DNA of 64,000 bases, from assembly GCF_001949145.1 (NCBI RefSeq), contig NW_019091355.1:5464517-5528516 (forward strand). The letters run 5' to 3'. The first letter of the stretch is position 1. The number at the start of each line of letters is the position of its first letter. Positions 52,670-62,570 of the stretch are shown here, piece by piece. This stretch comes from Acanthaster planci. Taxonomy: Eukaryota. The notes beneath the pieces are model-generated. The model was given only the letters and a program-made list of their open reading frames with translations, ran no database searches and was not told where the DNA came from. A program made the translations under genes and the position numbers.

Positions 52670-55574
52670 GATTTAAACCAATGTAACATTGAACTTTTCT
52701 TCGAAGGATGACGTCACAGTTTTTTCATACGGAAATACTTATTACCTTAAAAAGCATCAAAATTTCCTTTAAACTGGTGAAAATAAATGTGGAATATAGG
52801 GTCAACTGAAACATAAAGGTGCATTTTGGAGGTTTGTATTTCACAAGTCCACTGTGCTCCCACTTTCGGGGACCCGAAAATCTCCCTATGCGTTTTGTGT
52901 GAATCGTGGTCCAGTTTAATACAGTCAGCAGTGTTTACTTTTGTACGCGTTTAGTGATTTAGAGTGCAGTGGCAGACGTAAATGTAGGCATATCCCGATG
53001 AGGCAGATCCCAGACGTGGAAGTCTGGAAAATAGATGAACGTATAGTTAAGTAGCATACCGTAACACGCTGCTAATGACGAGCAACTGACACACAGCAAC
53101 TCATTGTTAGCACGAAACTGCATCGAAGTGATCCGTCATGATAGTAATCACTGACTTTACAGTACTGTATCCTGTTCATCTTTTCACCTGCTGGATAAAA
53201 TCTTGGCCCTGCAAGCCGTCAACAAAAAGTAATTTAGGCCTACAGGATGTTGACATGAAAAAATGGAGATGACGAAGCATTTTTCGACTTTCCCCACAGC
53301 AACCATTTTAAATGATTCCTGTGCTGGAAGTCGTAAAAGATGCTTCGAATGAATGCACCCGGGATATTCATCGGATTGCATGATTGATCTTAATGAATAA
53401 TCAGTTAGTCACGTTGACAGACCTATCAATCACTTGTCAGAATTCCAAGAGAGAAGAAGATCTTTCAATTTCAAACTTGACCCAATGACAGCCCATTCAT
53501 CTTGACTTCTTTATTTGAAGAAAGACACGGACCCAAATCCAGACCAGGAAGTTGGCATTCATTTTCACCATCATATGACCTGGCTGCTGGTGTGTACGTG
53601 AGCCCAAAGGGCCCTTGTGGCTAATTGTCTGCTGAACCGGATTTCCAGAGACAGGCTTTAACGTGCATGCATGGTTGTGGAAATGCAGTAACGTATACGG
53701 AGACGTATATTTTCTTACAATCAAAATATTTCAACCTGAAAGTAATCTGAATATGACAGCAGAAATGTCTCTTGGGTGACATACACGTGAAAATGACCAT
53801 ATGTCATGAGGCATTTATACCAGCACTCAATACGCTCAGCAGATAAATATTAATACATGTTTTTGCATGATCTTTTCTGACCCAAAATCTTTTCCGACTC
53901 AATTTGCATAATTTATATAATCACCCAGAAAATAACCGATGGACGTTCGACCGAACCTGAGTGATGAAGCACGGAACCTTTATTCTCCCTGTCGAGACCA
54001 ACTCTTCATTAAGTCCTCATTTGGAAGTTGCAAAACAGCTCACGTTCTGTCCGTATTCCTTTCGCTGCGAGAAAACCGCCACCTTTGCAGACGATCCCTC
54101 CCCGAAGCGCGGCGAGAATTTTAGCGGGAAACTGGCGACACAATGTGACGGCGAGGATCACACGCGCGTTGCGTTCACACAACACTCGCACCTTTGCGCT
54201 GCACACAGAAAAAGCGCTGAATCTTTGGGCACGGCATGCACTGCGGACCCACCAAAAACCTCGTCTCCCTGTCATGTCTCGCCGATAAGTCAAAGATTAT
54301 TTCACCATGGCACTGTCAGTATCTTTGACTGCCGTCATATTTTGACCTGAATGAGATGGCGCCACTTTTATGAGAAATCTCTCCCGCCGATGTGCCAATG
54401 TCGCAGTTGCTGAATGGGTGTGGATGTGATGGGAGAGACTTTGCAGTTAGCGTTTCATTCCCTCCTGGATGTATTTTTTAATGAAAATATGCAAATGAGA
54501 CAACGGAAGGTGAAAAATGCTTCCTGGTAAAAATGATGAAAACCAGGCCCAAAATTTATGACAATTTGACGATGCAAATGAGACGCGAATTCTGTTTTTT
54601 TTACCAGGTCAGAGCAGACATCTGTATTTTCACGTACATAATGTAAAAACAATACATATTCTTTTTCCTGTCTTCCCGCACTACACTTATTCTGTCACAC
54701 TGCTTATAGTAAATGTTCACTTCATCAGGGATGTGTACACCACTTGTTTTCAGTCGTAAGAACGTGTTTTTGAATTTGTTGCTACACCAAAAAAAGTGTT
54801 TCCATAAACTGTGTTTTACATGGTAATTAGCAGATTCTTTTTACTGCAAAAACTGTTCTGTAATAAGTGAAGGCCATGTTGTGTCGAGTCACGAGTGGCT
54901 TAATGGAAGCACCACAAGTAGAATTAATGTTAGCATCAAACAGTTCTGCAGTTCTGAGATTGATCACTAACAGGTGGTTTTTTTTGGTGAAAGAAAAACT
55001 CGATTGGATCCCTGAATATGAATGCATAATAATGACTATTTCTTAATTGTAGCAGTGAATATAAATAATTGTAATATTGTACCCTCGTCTGCCATTACTT
55101 CTGCTTATCAGTAAAGACCATCAAGAGAAAATCATAAAATTTAAAAGTTGCAGTCGCTGAGTTGCAGCTTGTCGTGTTCAAAGAGAAAAGGGAAACGAAG
55201 CGAAACGAATCCTCGAGTGGCGCCGCTGATATCCTTAGGGGTAATTTGTTTGGCAATGGCCTCCAGAATGAGAGATGACTTCCGGGCCGGTGGTGTTGTA
55301 CCCTGCGAGAAACCAGACGGAAATGGGCGGGCTGGATCGCTACATATCACCGCCTCGGTCGACCGTGATTTGGGCCCGGCCTCCCAAGGACGCGGCCGGT
55401 CGATTTGACTCACTTAGTAAGTGTCATAGTGTGGGAGTTGCTTCATGTTTTTTTAAATCGGATTTTGGCGAAGATCAGGCAGAGGCCCTTGGTATGTCGC
55501 AGAAAAACTCCCTTTGATTGCATGTACCTCTTGTTAAATTCGGTCAAGTTGATTTGTTATTAAACTCTTACTTA

Positions 55575-55725
55575 TCCGGTTCGTACTGGACGATCGCTGA
55601 AGTTGCGCGTTGACTTCCAGTTCCATGGTTCCATGTACGGCGATCAATACATGATAACTCTATCTGCAGTGCATGTGCAGTGGGCGTAGTTTAAACTGAA
55701 CTAACGTCACACTTAACGAACCGGA
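55575..55725. mobile_element. MITE A (151 bp), TA flanks
   Basis: TA|TCCGGTTCGT ... ACGAACCGGA|TA, perfect 10-bp TIR. Confidence 0.7.
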
Positions 55726-55727
55726 TA

Positions 55728-55881
55728 GAGTACCGAAGTGAATACGTCACGTGCATATTATGTGACATGTGCATGTGCAAAAGGGATTAGCGCGAGATCC
55801 AGCGTGAACCAACACGCGTGCGTACTCCGTTCGTTTGCACTACACCACCTGGTTCACTGAAAGACGTCACACTTTGTACTC
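55728..55881. mobile_element. MITE B copy 1
   Basis: TA|GAGTACCGAAGTG ... CACTTTGTACTC. Direct paralog of 55936-56091. Confidence 0.75.
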
Positions 55882-55935
55882 AGTGCAGAACTGGAAGTGC
55901 CCTGTAACCATGTAGCTTCATGCTTGTAGCGTATA

Positions 55936-56091
55936 GATTACCGAAGTGAATACGTCACGCGCACAATTAGTGTGTAAAAGGCATTAGCGCGAGAACCAGC
56001 GCGCAAACCAGCGCGAGAACCAACACGCGCGCGTACTCCATTCGTTTGCACTACACTCTCTGGTTCACAGTGATGTCACACTTCGGTACTC
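55936..56091. mobile_element. MITE B copy 2, TA flanks
   Basis: TA|GATTACCGAAGTG ... CACTTCGGTACTC|TA. Internal CCAGCGCG duplication relative to copy 1. Confidence 0.8.
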
Positions 56092-58792
56092 TATTGAACG
56101 CACATTGGTCAGTGTGGCGGTGGTGATTAGATTTTACAATGAGCTTTATTGACAAACTCATCGATATTTTGTTTGATCCGGTCTCTCTTTGAATAATTTC
56201 TTTAGGGAGGATGTTCACGATTTGTCTGAAACATTTCTTGTCGAACGATGGTGTTTCTAAGACATGAGGCCCAGTTTGCAGTCTAGTGGAGTTTATCATC
56301 TCCTAACGACGGATGGCATTGATGAAGTAATCTTATTAAATTCCTTAAAGATGGCTATTAAGCGAAATTAGGTGGACAACTCTCTACAGGTTCTTATACT
56401 TTGTTGGACTCGACTTGCGGTCGTGAAACTTGTTCATCCCGCCAAAACAATCGCGAAACACTGGGCATGCGCGCTGTCAGCAATCGAGTGTAATTGCTTC
56501 AGCCGTGCGTGACGCCGATCGTACAGAGAGCAGGCCCACTCTGTCATGATGGATCGCAACCCCCGGGGTCAAATTATGCTCATATTTATTACATGGTACA
56601 ATGATACATCGCATGTCAGGCTCGGTTAAAATGCCTTAATACACTTCCCAGCTGTCTGCCGAAACCCTGGAGCCTCGCGCGGCAGGCTCTTCTCCGCCGG
56701 GAGAGAGTGAAGCCAAACACGCCGGGGCTTGATCAGAGGCGGCCGCCGCTCAGCTGATGATGGAGTGCAGGGAGTGTGGCCCGTATTTCACATTAGCGGG
56801 GCCACGCCGGGGTTAGACTGTTGGCAGACCCCACTCTCTATCTCTCCGTCTGTCTCTCTCTGTGTTCCGTGCCGCTGCCCCGCTCTTCCACTGGGGAAAA
56901 ATTCAAGCACGGAACACTAAGCCGAATGAAAGCTACTCTTTTCTGCCGTCTTCGGCTCGCGCTGAATACTTGCCTTGTAATTGTCTGGACACTAAAGGTC
57001 GAAATAGCTGTCCGAAATTCTTGTGGGATTTAAAAAATTTTATTTTCGAGGCAAAGAAATTGCTTGATTGAGTAGCCGCGGGCTTGAATTTAGTCGCTAG
57101 ATGTGATTTGGCGCTCAGTGGCTGAGCCCATTATCGTCAAAGTGAGAGGCCGACGTGTCTTAATAATGTTACCAACTTTGCGCTTATATTTTTATTGGAA
57201 TGTAGGGTGGATATGAATTTACAACATAAGATATAAGATGTGTCTCCCTTCCCAAAACAATTCTTGTGAGTCAGTGGTACACAGTTTTGAGGATAAGGAT
57301 TGTCCATAAATGAACATTTTACATATGAGGTCTTGAAATTTTAGTCGTGGTTATTAGATGGAGTTAATGCGAAGCCAACACAATCCACGCTGGTCTGCAG
57401 TTTTCAAAGTCCATTTCTACCAAAGGCAAATCCAGTGGCGGCAACACTGATAGTTACAACTTTATCTCGGTATGTTATCTGCTGTCATTTATCAATACGT
57501 GCCTATACTTAACTTCAGCCCAGCTGCAGTGAAACCTCAGCCACCGAGATGCTTCTCGACAAGGTGGGAAGAGGTCGCCATCTAGCCCTCATAAACAAAA
57601 CGAAAATCTTCGCCGCTGAACCCGACTTAAAAGATCCTCTTCACAAGAAAAGTAGACCCTTCAAGTGTTGGCACTTGAAATGAGTGTTGACGTGTCGAGA
57701 GCCGTGACTAGGAGTGGAAAGTTTCGCCCTGACCCCCCCCCCCGCCCGTCGCTGGGCGTGCATGCAGCGAGGGCGTTTTGTTAGTGTAAGAGATCACTCG
57801 TTTTTGTAATCTGCCAGTGTCTCTTGGGGCGGAGGACTGTTGTTACCAAGGTGAGAGAGGACAAAAAGCAATACACAGTTTATTTTGGTTTTTTTTTGCT
57901 GTACAAATTGGTATTGATCTTTCTCCTTGTCATAATCTTTTGTCATGCCCCTCGGTCGGTCAGGCTATCCGGTAGTGGGCCTTCCTGCGACTTGTTAATC
58001 AGGTGGTTTGTTTTTGTTATACTCAGAAGTCAGTGAGGTTGGTTTATGATTATACAAATCAGTGAGGTCTGGTTATGTCAAGGAATAATCTCAATAGGCC
58101 GGCACTTTGCTGAGCGCTGACCTGATACAGAGATTTCTGTTCCCACGTTATTTAGGAACTCGTTAAAATGGTTGGCAGTGTTAACAGCCGAACCCGAGAA
58201 GTGATGGCGTCTCAAGTTCAAATCACCTTACCTCGGTAGAATCAGAGAGAGGCACTGACCTCCCTCTCTCCACCTCAAGCCCCAGTTCCCGTCCACCATG
58301 CGCCAATCAGTGACAGTGATCTATGGGAGCGATCTCTGCCCTAATCAAGGGGATGCTCGCCCACCTGATCTCCTGCAGGAGGATCGTGCACGAGCCGGAG
58401 ACTACTGCGGAGGGTGTCGCGGGCACGTCCCGCTGAGGGAATCGACTACCCGGCGAGATCAGAGGACATCAAATCACGACGGCCACTCCAAATGAGTTTT
58501 TCTATCATCGGTAACGACCGGTGCGGAATACTAATGGACGGCGGAGACGGGGCGGTGATGGCCGGACGTGCCGTCGGACTCATCCGCCCGATAGCATGTG
58601 CGGATGATGCCAACAGACTTGAGACTGACTAGATTTCAAACCCTGATGCATTTTAAAGGGGGGTATTCCTTTACATTGCGATAGTCATGCACATTTTTGA
58701 GAGTATAGGACTTCGAGTCCGTTACAGCTGAGTTCGAGGCTCAGTTTATTGGTTAGAGTAAAAAAGAAATTGATTTATACCTTGGAACTTGG

Positions 58793-59319
58793 CAGAGTTG
58801 TAATGACTCGAGTCCAACTCGAGTCACATTTTTGGGTGACTTGACTCGAGTCCCTGCGGGTAAATGACTACTCTACTCGAGACACTGTGAGCAAATGACT
58901 CAACTCGACGTGGGTCCCTCGTCAGAATACCCGACTCGAGTGAAATTTAATAAGTATCGAGTACCCCAAGTAAAGCAAACTTGTTGCGAAAAAAATATTT
59001 GCAATAATTTACAGTGCCGATTTATAAACTTCATGTGCTACTATCATCAAGGTAAGTAAATATGGTGACCACATATAGAAACCCAGAGGTGAAGTTGAAA
59101 ATGCCCAAAACCGACTTTCTCCTTTGTTTTTAGTTAATGTAGTTTGTTCATATATTGGTGACTCGAGCTCAATACTCCACTCGACTCGACTTGACTTTTG
59201 TTGCTTATCGACTCGATTTGACTTGAGTCACAACATTACAACGATTCGACTTGAGTCACTACATTACAACGATTTGACTCAACTCGAGTCTCAAAAATCA
59301 GTGTTTCGTCGCAACTCTG
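58793..59319. mobile_element. Non-autonomous hAT-like element with GACTCGA subterminal repeats
   Basis: CAGAGTTG ... CAACTCTG termini. Dense ACTCGA/GACTC arrays at 58805-58942 and 59160-59290 around an AT-rich core. No 8-bp TSD retained. Confidence 0.75.
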
Positions 59320-59985
59320 GAGTATAGGCACACAACACTGGCCTTGAGTACTCGAGTATCTTTGGGAATAGATAGGCTTCCAGTATCACCACCGGGGTAA
59401 TATTTTTTCGTGGGGTTGCACGTGGAAGTAGATTTTAACGAGCATTATCTTCGAACGCAAGATATTAGATCAGGAACAAGAGTACGAAAATACCGGTTTG
59501 CTACATAGTGAGTGCAGAACAACTGCATGAATTTTCTCTGAGAATAGTCGTGAATACATTTCTGCCATCAGTCTTGGTGCAGTTTTAACGTATTCGTGTG
59601 GCATCTGGTCATGTGTGAACCACAAACCCTCTGCTGTATTCACAGCGAATCCTTCTCATGGATCTTTCTGCTATCATGCGTGCCTTTCTGAAAGCACTGA
59701 GCGAACTCAAGTAACACAAACTGCATTTACCATCATATGAGGTTTGATATGGTTGTTTTTGTCGCCACTTTCTTTACAACTTCAGTAACTTGTCCGTGAC
59801 CCTTGTTCTGTGTGGCATAGCAAAACCAGTGATTGAGTAGTCAAATTGACTGGGTAAGCATTGCTTGTACAATACAATAAAAACAAAATCCAGTGGTAAG
59901 AGCGCATCGACCCAAAAAGATGCCACCGTGAATGGTGCAGTTTTCTTTGATATCTTCATGTTGAGTGGTCACCAAGTACAGTTCA

Positions 59986-60374
59986 TTTATATAAAACGGG
60001 TTTTGCCCTTACCCAACGTATTTTTTAATAAACACTGTATGCTCAGTGCTTGTCCGAGAGCTTGCGAAAAAAGTCACAAGCTTACTCGGGTGGGATTGGA
60101 CCCACGACCTCCTGCTTACTGGTGCAGACGTCTTAACCACTCAACCACCGAGCTTGCTGGGTCGGCTGGCCGGTCCAAGTCAGGTGAAGCAAGCGGGTAC
60201 CGCGAACTATTTTCAAGATGTATTTTTGCGTTGGGGAGATGTTAATTTATGTAACGGGTTTTGCCCTCGGACAAGCACTGAGCATACAGTGTTTATTAAT
60301 ATATACTTTGGGTAAGGCAAAACCCGTTATATAAATTAACATCTCCCCAACGCAAAAAAAATACATCTTGAAAA
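59986..60374. mobile_element. Largest copy of the tRNA-module repeat family: just over one tandem unit on the minus strand joined to a plus-strand 3' part
   Basis: GGGTTTTGCCCT recurs at 59998 and 60256 (period 258 bp). Inversion junction at 60266-60267. Flanked by the perfect direct repeat AAGTACAGTTCA (59974-59985 and 60375-60386). Confidence 0.9.
60084..60153 (-). pseudogene. tRNA-like module (Thr-AGT-like) inside the repeat; not a functional tRNA
   Basis: GCTCGGTGGTTGAGTGGTTAAGACGTCTGCACCAGTAAGCAGGAGGTCGTGGGTCCAATCCCACCCGAGT: 6-bp acceptor stem, A box, CTGC/GCAG anticodon stem with an 8-nt loop containing AGT, GTGGG/CCCAC T-stem with a damaged B box. Confidence 0.7.
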
Positions 60375-62229
60375 AAGTACAGTTCACTTGTCATAACTTC
60401 TTTTATTGTACACCAGGCATGTAACTCGGAATCAGTATTACACCCGAGCGCAAGCCATAAGTCATTGCTTACCCCAGAAAAAAAGATGAAGAGTACATGT
60501 ACATTCGTTGCAAGTGTAGCCACGAGTTCAGTGGTTCAGCTGTCCAATGACGCACCACTTTCCTGACGTTGTTCACCTCTTGAGTGACGAGTTGTTGCGC
60601 CGTGCATGCTGCATTAAACTTTCCGAACCCTTTAATTCGCGTACCAAAAGTTCCTTCGGGTTTTACAGACAGTAAGTCCTTTCCTTGGCCCAGTTTCATC
60701 ACTTTTTGACGGGAAGCAAATAACCTCTGCTCACTATAGCGGACAGTTTATTTTGCAGTAACCACAAGCAGCTGCTGGGGCCTTTTGAAGAACTGCACGG
60801 GCCTTTGTGGAACATGTTACCCACTGAAATTCGTTCCACATCACTTTCCTCCTGCACAAACAGCTGTCAACAATTTTTTTCTCATGAGTAGTGGTGCAGT
60901 GGGTCCATTTGGACATAGTTTACTCATTTTACTGTCGTTTTAAATGGAAAAATAGTGTGTTTTATCATGACTGTGTTGTCTTTTTACCCTGTTTACTTTC
61001 GGTTTTATTGTACATTCATAAGTTTCCTTCACATTTTAAATGGCCAGATTGAACCCTTCGGTTGCCAAGAATTTTCGTTCCTCCTCGGTATTGCTTCTTC
61101 TTGTCATTTTTTATAACGAAACTGTATCTTTTAACGTGGAGAGAGTTTTTCATAAAGCATGTTTCACAGATACGCAAAGGATATTGCACTATATGCGCAT
61201 GCGTGCATCCGTAACTAAGGATTTGGGGTTAGCTGATGAACGATCCAGATCCCAACATTAGTTGTGCTCATACTGTTGCCTCTGGTCCGCAAAACTGAAA
61301 GATATCGGTCAGTTCATCAGAAGTCGCTGGCCCAGGTAAGAATAATTCTGATTCATACAGAGAACGGCAACAAAGGTATTGTACTGACTTGGCAGCCATC
61401 TTGGATGCACGATCCTTTGTTTATGTCGAGTCCCCTGACAAATAGACATTTGACACGACTTTCCGGCCATGTCTGAGTTCATTACGAGGACGGGTGTATG
61501 GCCGCAGCACTGATGGGGACATCTCCCCCCCCCCGGTTCTTGATGTTACTTGTGCGAACAACTATGGAAAAGCCCTCTGTGAAACACTAGCATTTATTTC
61601 TGTCATTGGCATCTGTTAGTAGGCCTATCTGTTGTCAGTGCATCATGGGTCCTTTATGTGCTGATAGGCTTTTGTACAGTACAATAAACCACAGGTCAAG
61701 ATATTTCACCACAGCCTTCACACAACCTCTGAATCAAGTTTACGCACAAGCCTACATTAAAAAGATTGCTCGACCTTCTTTCGTCGACTGCGGGTAATCT
61801 CCTTGTCTCCTACGTTTCAAATTGGATTCGATCATGAAACAGCCGTGCGGCACTCTCAGAAAGTGAGATATGGCGGGAGTGATCAGTGGATGATGCGTGC
61901 GATTTCACTGAATTTATTTCACAAGTCCATCCCTTCACGAGGTCTGGGCACGCACTGCTCATTTGCCACGGTGGTTAATCTATTCATAGATGTATTACCC
62001 CTAATCACCCGCAGCCTGTGATCCGGCCGACCAGCTCATCGAAAAGAGCTGTATAATTACTGTCATTAAGCATAATGGCATCTCCGTGGTAATTATTGAC
62101 CACTACCAGAAGGCCAAGTTCACCCATGACCTGCCTTGATAATGGTCCTCCCCCCGAACGGCAAACAGGTTTTTTTTTCTTCAAATACTGGCAAGACGTA
62201 TTTTTGGCTCTTGGGTTGCATAGCTGCGA

Positions 62230-62570
62230 ACTGCTGTGACAGATTGAAGCGAGCGGAAACCACGTCGACTCCGCGCGCGCCATATATCAATAACTGAATT
62301 TTGGCATTTCATCCCGTAGATGTAACGAATTAAGCGCGGAAGCACCGCATGGTCTCATGCAAGTGTTCCCATCCCGTGGGATTTGGCGTGATGGATTGAC
62401 AGCTTGACAGGTCATCAGATACAGTCATGTCATGTAGGGGTTTTGTTCGTCCAGAGCGGCTCGCAGTTCAACGATCGTCAGAAGAAAAAAACACAGATTG
62501 ACAGTCCTACAGACACATGAAAATACAACTGACAGTTCGGTGTGACTGACTGATTGACTGTCAAGATACC
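62230..62570. promoter_or_regulatory. Candidate enhancer: cluster of TALE (TGACAG) and Pbx-like sites
   Basis: Six TGACAG/CTGTCA in about 340 bp, including TGATGGATTGACAGCTTGACAGG, AGATTGACAG and TGACTGATTGACTGTCA. Motif evidence only. Confidence 0.35.

Noticed and set aside
58805..59290. GACTCGAG arrays as a CRISPR-like array
   Set aside because: Repeats are 5-10 bp, irregularly spaced and confined to the ends of a TIR element; eukaryotic context, no cas genes.
58701..59328. GAGTATAGG at 58701 and 59320 as a TSD
   Set aside because: The left copy lies about 85 bp outside the TIR, so it is not a proper TSD.
60084..60153. Functional tRNA-Thr gene
   Set aside because: 8-nt anticodon loop, 6-bp acceptor stem, damaged T loop, and embedded in a retroposed repeat.
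60150..60200. GCCGGTCCAAGTCAGG resembling a twister ribozyme P4 loop, and GGGTCGGC resembling an HDV ribozyme start
   Set aside because: The required pseudoknot partners and cleavage-site residues could not be placed.
39266..62071. Exact 13-mer ACTGTCATTAAGC at 39266 and 62059
   Set aside because: Many 13-bp matches are expected by chance within 64 kb.
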